A DNA stretch of 32,000 bases from Zymomonas mobilis subsp. mobilis ATCC 10988 (lineage in GTDB: Bacteria; Pseudomonadota; Alphaproteobacteria; Sphingomonadales; Sphingomonadaceae). A program made the position numbers and the translations under genes. Numbering within the stretch: position 1 is the first letter of the stretch; every line of letters begins with the position of its first letter. The notes under the pieces were generated by a model. The model was not told the DNA's origin. It was given only the letters and a program-made list of their open reading frames with translations, and made no database searches. Location of the stretch: contig NC_017262.1 in NCBI RefSeq assembly GCF_000175255.2, positions 1,200,001 to 1,232,000 on the forward strand, read 5' to 3'. Shown here one piece after another: positions 8,835 to 16,802 of the stretch.

Positions 8835-10004
8835 ATGCATGATGATACCGTGAACCAACCGATATCTTCTCTTTCTGCGGAAATAAACCAGAAGAATAAA
8901 AATTTTATGCCGATGTTATCGGTGGTTATTCCTACCTATAACGAAAAGGGGAATATTGCCGCTTTAGTCGAAGCTGTAAGAGACGCCTTAGGGGATATCC
9001 CGTGGGAAATGATTGTTGTTGACGATGATAGTCCTGATAAAACCTATGAATTGGCCTTTCAGTTAGCCCACAAAGAACCTCGTCTTCATTGTATCAGAAG
9101 AGTCGGTCGTCGCGGTTTGTCTTCGGCTGTCGTGGAAGGGGCTTTGGCCTCCAATGGCGATTTTATCGCGGTTATGGATGCCGATTTTCAGCATGATGAG
9201 AAAATGCTGAAACCCATGTATGAAAAGATGATCGCTAAGAAAGCTGATCTAGTTGTTGGAACGCGTTATGCGGGTGATGGCGGTGTCGGAGATTGGGACG
9301 AAACCCGACGGCAAATGAGTGATTTTGCCACAAGGCTTAGCCGTATTCTGATCGGTAACAAGACATCTGACCCGATGAGTGGCTTTTTTATGCTGCGCCG
9401 TGAGGTTGTTGAGGCGTCAGTTTATGATTTATCGCAACAGGGATATAAAATTCTGTTGGATATTATCAGTTCGGCTCCAATGCCTTTGCATATTGAAGAG
9501 GTTTCTTACGTCTTTAGAAATCGGCGTGAAGGCGAAAGCAAAATCAGCTTGCAGGTCATGGCTGAATTCCTGTTTCAGATCATTGAAAAAATGTCCCATG
9601 GTCTCATTCCGGGACGTTTCGTTCTTTTCAGTGCTGTCGGTGCGCTTGGCCTTTGTGTCCATTTAGGGATTTTGTTTTTACTGAAATCTTATCACGTCGC
9701 TTTTTTGCCAGCGCAAACGGCGGCTATCGGCTGTGCGATGCTGTTTAACTTCTTTGTTAATAATGAGCTGACTTATCGTGACCGAAAATTAAAAGGTTGG
9801 GCTTTTATTCCGGGATTAATTCTCTTTTGTCTGATTTGTAGCATTGGCGCTTTAGCCAATATCGGAGTCGCCGAGCTAGCTATTCATCAGACATCCAGTT
9901 GGTCTTTAGCGGGCTTGGCAGGGGCATTAATTGGGGCAGCTTTCAATTTTGGCGCTGCGAGCAAATTGATCTGGGAAAGAGTCAAAAAGCCAAAAAGAAA
10001 ATAG
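8835..10004 (+). CDS. GT2-family polyprenyl-phosphate glycosyltransferase (Dpm1/GtrB/ArnC-like) fused to a C-terminal GtrA-like four-helix membrane domain
   Basis: 389 aa. The N-terminal GT-A domain has LSVVIPTYNEKGNI, VVDDDSPD and MDADFQHD (DxD). The C-terminal ~120 aa are hydrophobic and carry the GtrA-like FFVNNELTYRD motif. The start is uncertain: ATG 8835 or ATG 8907 (MPMLSVVIPTYNE). Confidence 0.8.
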   Translation: MHDDTVNQPISSLSAEINQKNKNFMPMLSVVIPTYNEKGNIAALVEAVRDALGDIPWEMIVVDDDSPDKTYELAFQLAHKEPRLHCIRRVGRRGLSSAVVEGALASNGDFIAVMDADFQHDEKMLKPMYEKMIAKKADLVVGTRYAGDGGVGDWDETRRQMSDFATRLSRILIGNKTSDPMSGFFMLRREVVEASVYDLSQQGYKILLDIISSAPMPLHIEEVSYVFRNRREGESKISLQVMAEFLFQIIEKMSHGLIPGRFVLFSAVGALGLCVHLGILFLLKSYHVAFLPAQTAAIGCAMLFNFFVNNELTYRDRKLKGWAFIPGLILFCLICSIGALANIGVAELAIHQTSSWSLAGLAGALIGAAFNFGAASKLIWERVKKPKRK

Positions 10005-10110
10005 TGAATCTTGAATTGGGAATCAGTTCTATTAAAAAATAGAGCTGCCTTTAAAGCTGAAAATTGCAGTATGGGCGATATATTCAGCATGGTTCTAAGG
10101 TGTCTTTTAT

Positions 10111-10770
10111 ATGCCTATACTTGCAAAACGTGTTCTTTTTATTGATGCTGAAGCCATGATTATCGACAAACCTGCCGGTTTGCCGGTGACTTCGGTTCGT
10201 GATGGTTCTCTCAGCCTTGAGAATTATCTGGCTTCATTATGCTTCGGCTTCAAACGTTGGCCAAGTATTGTCCATCGTTTGGATCGCGATACGTCAGGAT
10301 GCTTATTGCTGGCGCGTAATCCTAAAATGCACCGTCGTTTAAGCGAAGCCTTTAGCCAAGGTCAGGTGAAAAAATGCTATTGGGCCATTCTAGAAGGCGT
10401 GCCGGAGAAAAATGAAGGCATTATAGACTTGCCTTTGTTGAAGATATCTTCGCCTAAAAGTGGCTGGCGGATCGTCGCAGATGATAAAGGCAAAAGAGCC
10501 GTTACTCATTGGGAAATCTTGGCCAAAAATAAAGGGCGCAGCTTGGTAGCCTTTCGTCCTGAAACCGGAAGGACTCATCAGTTAAGAGTGCATGCCGCAA
10601 CAGGGTTAGGCTTACCTATTGTCGGTGACCCTTTTTATGGCAGTCATAAAGACGAAAATATTTCGCGAATGATGCTTCATGCGCATTCTTTGGAAATTGC
10701 CCGTCTGGAGAAAAAGCCAATTGCCGCCGAAGCCCCTTTACCCAAGGCATTTACAGATTTAGGGTTTTAG
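10111..10770 (+). CDS. RluA-family RNA pseudouridine synthase
   Basis: 219 aa. It has the catalytic motif HRLDRDTSGCLLLAR, the conserved GRTHQLRVH segment, and LHAHSL near the C-terminus. Confidence 0.88.
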   Translation: MPILAKRVLFIDAEAMIIDKPAGLPVTSVRDGSLSLENYLASLCFGFKRWPSIVHRLDRDTSGCLLLARNPKMHRRLSEAFSQGQVKKCYWAILEGVPEKNEGIIDLPLLKISSPKSGWRIVADDKGKRAVTHWEILAKNKGRSLVAFRPETGRTHQLRVHAATGLGLPIVGDPFYGSHKDENISRMMLHAHSLEIARLEKKPIAAEAPLPKAFTDLGF

Positions 10771-11019
10771 TTGCTGCCACATCGGAAGGCAAATTTCTTT
10801 GCCCTTATCATTCTAATATATCACCAGCATAGCGGCAATATGGTCATAATCCGACCATGGCTTGTGCCATCATTTACCTCGATCAGTTAATCGAGCATGG
10901 CCTGTGTGTCCTGATAGAAAGAGACCGTAAAAAATTTGACGATTATTGGGCGCTGGCTTTTATTGGATTTTACCCGTTTTTTAGAATATTTGCTCTATAA
11001 AATTGCATTTGAACCATTT

Positions 11020-11439
11020 CTAAAACTCAGGTCGGCGGCGTGCCGATTTGACCATAGAACGCTTACTTTTGCCATCTAAACGTCGTTGCTTACTGGCATA
11101 TGTGGCTTTGGTCGGTTTCCGTTTTTTAGGAATAAAAGTAGCTGAACGGATTAGCTCGACAAGGCGTTCAAAAGCATCCTGCCGATTTAAAGGCTGGTCC
11201 CTAAAACGTTGCGCTTGAATAACAAGAATACCTTTGTTGTTAATTCTTGATGCCGCTATTTCCTGTAAGCGATTGATGACAAGTTCGGGTAAGCCAGAAA
11301 TCGCCATATCAAAACGCAATTCTACAGCTGAAGAAACTTTATTCACATTTTGGCCACCGGGGCCTGATGCTCTTATAAAATATTCTTCTATAGAATCTGA
11401 ATCGATACTTACTCTTTGAGTAATAAAATACTTAGACAT
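11020..11439 (-). CDS. arfB: Alternative ribosome-rescue factor ArfB, a peptidyl-tRNA hydrolase with a GGQ domain and a basic C-terminal tail
   Basis: 139 aa. It has ASGPGGQNVNKVSSAVELRF (GGQ motif) and a Lys/Arg-rich C-terminal tail. It is colinear with E. coli YaeJ/ArfB as I recall that sequence. Confidence 0.9.
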   Translation of the reverse strand: MSKYFITQRVSIDSDSIEEYFIRASGPGGQNVNKVSSAVELRFDMAISGLPELVINRLQEIAASRINNKGILVIQAQRFRDQPLNRQDAFERLVELIRSATFIPKKRKPTKATYASKQRRLDGKSKRSMVKSARRRPEF

Positions 11440-11552
11440 TGAACATAAATTCTAAAAAGATGGGATTTTTCTTTCTTATTGCGTAGATATTTTTTTCTGG
11501 GAGGGTATCTGTGGATTGAGGGATAGAAAAAATCCCGTTACTCTACTTTCCC

Positions 11553-12038
11553 ATGTTTTCTTTCTCGATCAATACCGGCAGCAAAAAAACGCTGTATAGC
11601 GATTTGTTGACTACCCTTAAAGAGTTACTTTCCGAGGAGGGTGACCCGATCGCTAATATGGCCAACACGGCTGCTTTGATATGGACATATATGCCTGATT
11701 TAAACTGGGTCGGTTTTTATCGGGCTATCCGAAGCTATCTGATTTTGGGGCCTTTCCAAGGAAAAGTTGCCTGCGTCAAGATACCTTATGGTCGGGGTGT
11801 CTGTGGCACGGCCGCCGCAACTGGACGGATACAATGCGTGCGGGATGTCCACACATATCCCAATCATATTTCCTGCGATCCTAGTGCCGCATCTGAATTG
11901 GTTATTCCTATAAGAGGACGTCAGAACCAGATTTTAGCGGTTATTGATCTTGAAAGCCCGACGATGGGGCGTTTCGATGCTGAAGATGTTGAGGGTTGCT
12001 CTCGCCTGATGGAAGTTTTGGGGCGTTTTCTTGGGTAA
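11553..12038 (+). CDS. msrC: GAF-domain protein of the free methionine-(R)-sulfoxide reductase (YebR/MsrC) type
   Basis: 161 aa. The segments NWVGFYR...LILGPFQGKVACVKIPYGRGVCGTAA...DVH..PNHISCD..S.SELVIP closely parallel E. coli YebR as I recall it. Confidence 0.8.
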   Translation: MFSFSINTGSKKTLYSDLLTTLKELLSEEGDPIANMANTAALIWTYMPDLNWVGFYRAIRSYLILGPFQGKVACVKIPYGRGVCGTAAATGRIQCVRDVHTYPNHISCDPSAASELVIPIRGRQNQILAVIDLESPTMGRFDAEDVEGCSRLMEVLGRFLG

Positions 12039-12061
12039 AATACTGGCTGTGGAGAATGTGA

Positions 12062-12493
12062 ATGGCAGATATTGCTTATTCGATAAAAGAGATATCCCTT
12101 GCTGACTGCTTACCTATTCGTCAGGCCTATCTTTGGCCAAGCCTGACACAAGAAGAATGTGTTACCGATGGGGATAAAAATGCCACGCATTTTGGCGTTT
12201 TTGTCGGGGATAAATTGTCTGGTTGTGCTTCTTTCCATCATCTGGAAGGGCATAAAAAACGGATCCGGCGTGTGGCTGTTTCGCCTGAATATCGAGGGCA
12301 AGGCTTAGGGAGTGCGCTTTTAAAACATGCAATGGAAAAATTGGTTACACCTGATTTGACCGAAATATGGTTGAATGCCAGATTGCCTGCACAAAATTTC
12401 TATCGCCGCCTTGGTTTTGAAACAATGGGTGAGACTTTCTTTGAAAGAGATGTCCAAGAAATAAGAATGGTGAAAAAATATCCGATTGAATAA
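12062..12493 (+). CDS. GNAT-family N-acetyltransferase, substrate unknown
   Basis: 143 aa. It has the acetyl-CoA binding motif A (VAVSPEYRGQGLGSALLKHA) and NFYRRLGF. GGAGA lies upstream of the ATG, and the gap from the preceding gene is 23 nt. Confidence 0.85.
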   Translation: MADIAYSIKEISLADCLPIRQAYLWPSLTQEECVTDGDKNATHFGVFVGDKLSGCASFHHLEGHKKRIRRVAVSPEYRGQGLGSALLKHAMEKLVTPDLTEIWLNARLPAQNFYRRLGFETMGETFFERDVQEIRMVKKYPIE

Positions 12494-12577
12494 TCAAAAA
12501 TTCTGAAATTATTTTCTGATTTTAGCGGTTACGGCTTCTTCTGTTTGCTCTATAAAGAGATAAAAACAGGTTGTGTT

Positions 12578-13297
12578 ATGAAAATCCCTTTACCTATAAA
12601 ACGCTCTATCTGGACTGCTTTGATCGTAGGGGGATTTACTTGCCCTTTATATGCCCAAGCCGGTTATTCCGGCGATTTTTCTAGTGATCCTGTTGTCAGA
12701 TCAGTAGAAAGAGGCTCCCCCTATGTAATTCCACCTCCCAACAGCGATCCCCAAAGATCGGGTGTTTACCAAGATGGTAACGGAAATGGCGGGCGTGGAT
12801 ATGCTAATCCCGCCGGACAGCGACATTTCCGTCAAGGGGATAGATTACCTTCCGAATGGCGCTCCTATGGTCAGAGACTACCTGACTGGGCTTATTATGG
12901 ATTACCGGCTCCAGGAAATAATCAACAATGGGTGCGCTTTTATCAGGATATTTTTTTGATTGATGGTGTCGGAACCATTCTAGCCATAGCAGGTCAAAAT
13001 AATGGGCCAGCGGCTTATTATGACGGCTATTATGGGAATAATGGCTATGTGGGCGGGAATTATTACGCGCCCCCTGTCGGTTATGATGACTATTACAATT
13101 ATGGCGGTGCTTATCAGCCTGCACCACCGCCGCCTCCGCCACCCCCCTCGGCTTCGATCCGAAAACGCCAATATAAACAGCCCGAAGGCGCTGCGGTTTC
13201 TCCTGTAACCGAAGATGACGCCAATGGTTGGCGTTCTGATCCACCGCGACAAGGCGGCGTAAGTTATGATGAACGGGAAGAATATACGCCACGCTAA
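12578..13297 (+). CDS. Secreted RcnB-like (YohN-family) protein with a Tyr/Gly-rich segment and a polyproline tract
   Basis: The ORF track starts at TTG 12545. I prefer ATG 12578 (MKIPLPIKRSIWTALIVGGFTCPLYA/QAG), which gives a Sec-type signal peptide. The central segment FRQGDRLPSEWRSYGQRLPDWAYYGLPAPGNNQQWVRFYQDIFLIDGVGTILAI matches the RcnB-family pattern as I recall it. A Y/G/N-rich stretch and eight consecutive Pro residues follow. Confidence 0.7.
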   Translation: MKIPLPIKRSIWTALIVGGFTCPLYAQAGYSGDFSSDPVVRSVERGSPYVIPPPNSDPQRSGVYQDGNGNGGRGYANPAGQRHFRQGDRLPSEWRSYGQRLPDWAYYGLPAPGNNQQWVRFYQDIFLIDGVGTILAIAGQNNGPAAYYDGYYGNNGYVGGNYYAPPVGYDDYYNYGGAYQPAPPPPPPPPSASIRKRQYKQPEGAAVSPVTEDDANGWRSDPPRQGGVSYDEREEYTPR

Positions 13298-13576
13298 AAC
13301 AGGATTCCGAGGCTGGTTATTCTGATAATATTTTAAAAATTTTGGAGTGGTTATAGACTTTCTGTAGACAATAATTTTCATTACTTCGATTGTGGATCGA
13401 TAAAATTGGGGGCTGTTTCTTGCTCCCCACTTGTTTTATATCGAAAGAAAAATATCTTTTGGCTAGAATGTTTTAGAGAAATTCCAAGGTATTCTAGGGC
13501 TATTTTTTAAGTCAGTTAATTTAAAGGCTTCCTGCCTCTGGCAAACAGCCGTGAATAGAAAAAGGACCATGTCCGG

Positions 13577-14899
13577 ATGTCGATTGAAGTCAAAATGCCA
13601 GCGCTTTCGCCTACAATGACAGAAGGCACCCTTGCGAAATGGCTGGTGAAAGAAGGGGATGCCGTTAAGGCGGGCGATATTCTGGCCGAAATCGAAACCG
13701 ATAAAGCGATTATGGAATTTGAAACGGTTGATGCAGGGATCATCGCTAAAATTCTAGTGCCGGAAGGTAGTGAAAATATTGCTGTAGGTCAGGTGATTGC
13801 TGTCATGGCCGAAGCGGGCGAAGATGTTTCTCAAGTCGCCGCTTCTGCTTCATCACAGATATCAGAACCTTCTGAAAAAGCAGATGTCGCACAGAAAGAG
13901 ACGGCAGATAGCGAAACGATATCCATCGATGCCTCTCTCGATAAGGCAATCAGCAACGCAGGTTACGGCAACAAAACAGAGAATATGACGGCTTCCTATC
14001 AAGAAAAAGCAGGGCGGATAAAAGCCAGTCCTTTGGCCAAGCGTTTGGCTAAGAAAAACCATGTTGACCTGAAACAGGTAAACGGTAGTGGCCCCCATGG
14101 GCGGATTATCAAAGCTGATATTGAAGCCTTCGTTGCTGAGGCTAATCAAGCCTCTTCTAATCCGTCAGTCTCTACGCCGGAAGCCTCCGGTAAAATAACG
14201 CATGATACGCCCCATAATAGCATCAAGCTTAGCAATATGCGGCGCGTTATTGCTCGTCGTCTGACTGAATCCAAACAAAATATTCCTCACATCTACTTGA
14301 CGGTTGATGTCCAGATGGATGCTCTTTTGAAGCTCCGCTCTGAGCTCAATGAATCCTTAGCTGTTCAGAATATTAAAATCTCAGTCAATGACATGCTGAT
14401 TAAAGCACAGGCCTTAGCCTTAAAAGCAACGCCTAACGTCAATGTTGCTTTTGATGGCGATCAGATGCTGCAATTCTCACAGGCCGATATCTCTGTCGCT
14501 GTCTCTGTTGAAGGTGGGCTGATTACGCCTATCTTGAAACAAGCTGATACCAAAAGCTTGTCTGCGCTTTCTGTCGAAATGAAAGAGCTTATTGCTCGCG
14601 CAAGGGAAGGGCGCTTGCAACCTCAGGAATATCAAGGCGGAACGTCCAGTATTTCTAATATGGGGATGTTTGGTATCAAGCAGTTTAATGCTGTCATCAA
14701 CCCGCCACAGGCTTCTATCTTGGCGATTGGAAGCGGTGAAAGACGGCCTTGGGTGATTGATGATGCGATCACCATTGCTACCGTTGCAACTATCACCGGT
14801 AGTTTTGATCATCGTGTTATTGATGGTGCCGATGCGGCTGCCTTTATGTCAGCCTTCAAGCATTTGGTTGAAAAACCATTAGGGATTTTAGCACAATGA
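13577..14899 (+). CDS. pdhC: Dihydrolipoamide acetyltransferase, the E2 component of pyruvate dehydrogenase, with a single lipoyl domain
   Basis: 440 aa. The lipoyl domain has MPALSPTMTEGTLAKW...ETDKA. The E3-binding domain has ASPLAKRLAKKNHVDLKQVNGSGPHGRIIKADI. The catalytic domain has the DHRVIDGA motif. Confidence 0.95.
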   Translation: MSIEVKMPALSPTMTEGTLAKWLVKEGDAVKAGDILAEIETDKAIMEFETVDAGIIAKILVPEGSENIAVGQVIAVMAEAGEDVSQVAASASSQISEPSEKADVAQKETADSETISIDASLDKAISNAGYGNKTENMTASYQEKAGRIKASPLAKRLAKKNHVDLKQVNGSGPHGRIIKADIEAFVAEANQASSNPSVSTPEASGKITHDTPHNSIKLSNMRRVIARRLTESKQNIPHIYLTVDVQMDALLKLRSELNESLAVQNIKISVNDMLIKAQALALKATPNVNVAFDGDQMLQFSQADISVAVSVEGGLITPILKQADTKSLSALSVEMKELIARAREGRLQPQEYQGGTSSISNMGMFGIKQFNAVINPPQASILAIGSGERRPWVIDDAITIATVATITGSFDHRVIDGADAAAFMSAFKHLVEKPLGILAQ

Positions 14900-15345
14900 G
14901 TAATCAGGTCACGAAATCGGATAATTCAGAACCCTTAGCTCCCGCCGGAGAACCCGCCATTCGCGTTATTGCTATGCCAGCAAATACGAATGCCGATGGC
15001 CGGATGTTTGGTGGTTGGCTCATGGGTATGTTGGATCAAGCCGCCGGTTTGGTTGCTGCTCGCCATGCTTTGGCTCGGGTTGTAACCGTCGCTGCCGATT
15101 CTATCACTTTTCATGCGCCGGTTCAGGTCGGCGATGAATTGTCGCTTTATGCTCGATTGGTAAAAGTTGGCCGGACTTCAATGAAAATTGAAGTCGAAGG
15201 TTGGCGGCGTGTCCGGCATGAGCTGGAAACCATAAAAGCTATTTCTGGCTTGTTTACTTTTGTTGCCATTGATGAAGATCGTCGCCCTTGTCAGGTGCCG
15301 CCGATGAATGGAACGCGGTTGTTATCCGATAAAGCTGATAAATAG
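14896..15345 (+). CDS. YciA-type hotdog-fold acyl-CoA thioesterase
   Basis: 149 aa. AMPANTNADGRMFGGWLMGMLDQAAG...VVTVAADSITFHAPVQVGDELSLYARLVKVGRTSMKIEVEGW is colinear with E. coli YciA as I recall it. Its ATG overlaps the E2 stop codon (ATGA at 14896-14899). Confidence 0.88.
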   Translation: MSNQVTKSDNSEPLAPAGEPAIRVIAMPANTNADGRMFGGWLMGMLDQAAGLVAARHALARVVTVAADSITFHAPVQVGDELSLYARLVKVGRTSMKIEVEGWRRVRHELETIKAISGLFTFVAIDEDRRPCQVPPMNGTRLLSDKADK

Positions 15346-15390
15346 CCTCCGAAGAACAGCGGCAATTACAAAGGAAAGAGAACTTAACTC

Positions 15391-16791
15391 ATGGCTGATC
15401 ATTTTGATCTGATTGTTTTGGGCGGGGGTCCAGGAGGATATGTTGCGGCTATTCGGGCGGCTCAGTTAAACCTGAAAGTCGCTTTGGTTGAACGCGTCCA
15501 TCTAGGTGGTATTTGCTTGAATTGGGGCTGTATCCCGACCAAATCGCTTTTGCGCTCTGCTGAAGTCTATCATGAGATGCAAAATGCCGAAGCCTATGGT
15601 CTAACCTCTTTCAAACCTGACTTTGATCTAGATAAAATTATTGCACGTTCGCGCGAAGTAGCCACCCGTCTAGCCTCCGGCGTTAAAACATTATTACGCA
15701 AAAATAAGGTTGAAGTCATTAGCGGCGTCGGTCAACTGACGGGTAATCAGCAAATGCTGGTAGAAACGACCGAAGGTGAAGAAAAAATCCTTGAAGCCAA
15801 GGATATTATCATCGCAACCGGAGCAAGGGCTAGACAGCTTCCCAATGTTCATTCTGATGGCAAGCATATATGGACTTACCATCATGCTTTAAAACCACCT
15901 GCCATGCCAAAAAAATTGCTGGTAATCGGGTCGGGGGCTATCGGTATCGAATTCGCCAGCTTCTATGCTGATTTTGGGGCTGAAGTGAGCATCGTTGAAC
16001 ATGCGCCCCAAATTCTGCCGATGGAAGATGCCGAGGTGAGCGCTTATGTCGCTAAAGCCTTTAAAAAGCGCGGTATCCGTATTCTGACACAGTCGGCTTT
16101 ACAGAATTTGACGCCAGATGATGAAGGCGTAACGGCTGAAATCGCCGGAGCTGATGGCAAGGTTACGAAAGAACGTTTTTCTCATGCTATTGTCGCCATC
16201 GGTGTGGTGGCCAATGTTGAAAATATCGGTCTTGATAAACTCGGAATTAAACTTGATCGCGGTTTTATCGCCGTCGATGGCTTTGGTCGTACCAATGTTG
16301 ATCATGTCTGGGCAATCGGAGATGTCGCTGGAGCACCTTGCCTCGCACATAAAGCTAGCCATCAAGGGGTTATTGCGGCCGAGGCCATCGCAGGCTGTGA
16401 CCATGTCCATCCTTTAAATACCCAAAATATTCCGGGATGCACCTATGCAAGGCCACAAGTTGCCAGTGTGGGTCTCACTGAAGAAAAAGCGCGGCAACAG
16501 GGCTATAATGTCAAAATAGGCAATTTCCCCTTTATCGCTAACGGGAAAGCTATTGCTCAAGGGGCAACTGATGGCTTTGTTAAAACCGTTTTTGATGCCG
16601 ACAGTGGTGCGCTTTTAGGCGCGCATATGGTTGGGGCTGAAGTAACTGAAATGATTCAGGGCTATACCGTCGCCAGAACGCTGGAAACCACTGAAGCGGA
16701 AATTATGGAAACGATCTTTCCTCATCCGACTCTTTCGGAAGCCATGCATGAAAGTGTGCTAGCTGCCTACGGGCGCGCACTGCATTTTTAA
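15391..16791 (+). CDS. lpd: Dihydrolipoyl dehydrogenase (E3)
   Basis: 466 aa. It has the FAD-binding GGGPGGYVAAIRAAQL motif, the redox-active disulfide motif GGICLNWGCIPTK, and the C-terminal HPTLSE interface motif. Confidence 0.96.
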   Translation: MADHFDLIVLGGGPGGYVAAIRAAQLNLKVALVERVHLGGICLNWGCIPTKSLLRSAEVYHEMQNAEAYGLTSFKPDFDLDKIIARSREVATRLASGVKTLLRKNKVEVISGVGQLTGNQQMLVETTEGEEKILEAKDIIIATGARARQLPNVHSDGKHIWTYHHALKPPAMPKKLLVIGSGAIGIEFASFYADFGAEVSIVEHAPQILPMEDAEVSAYVAKAFKKRGIRILTQSALQNLTPDDEGVTAEIAGADGKVTKERFSHAIVAIGVVANVENIGLDKLGIKLDRGFIAVDGFGRTNVDHVWAIGDVAGAPCLAHKASHQGVIAAEAIAGCDHVHPLNTQNIPGCTYARPQVASVGLTEEKARQQGYNVKIGNFPFIANGKAIAQGATDGFVKTVFDADSGALLGAHMVGAEVTEMIQGYTVARTLETTEAEIMETIFPHPTLSEAMHESVLAAYGRALHF

Positions 16792-16802
16792 GGGGAGGGG
16801 CG

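Noticed and set aside
10936-10964. Promoter-like TTGACG-N17-TTTATT on the plus strand, pointing into arfB as antisense
   Set aside because: The -10 element is weak, there is no downstream sense-strand gene, and the surroundings are AT-rich. It is likely a chance match, and I cannot support an antisense RNA from sequence alone.
10771-11019. 249-nt gap between the convergent rluA-family gene and arfB, checked for a small gene, a tRNA or a repeat element
   Set aside because: It contains only very short ORFs (16 codons or fewer) and no tRNA-like T-arm sequence. The one notable structure is a weak 6-bp hairpin (GGCAAA tttc TTTGCC, 10788-10803) with a poor T-tail. None of this is supportable as a feature.
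12804-13381. Two minus-strand ORFs (162 aa and 133 aa) and a plus-strand 68-aa ORF overlapping the RcnB-like gene
   Set aside because: The low-complexity, repetitive Tyr/Gly/Pro coding DNA keeps several frames open. Only the sense frame has a signal peptide and a recognisable domain.
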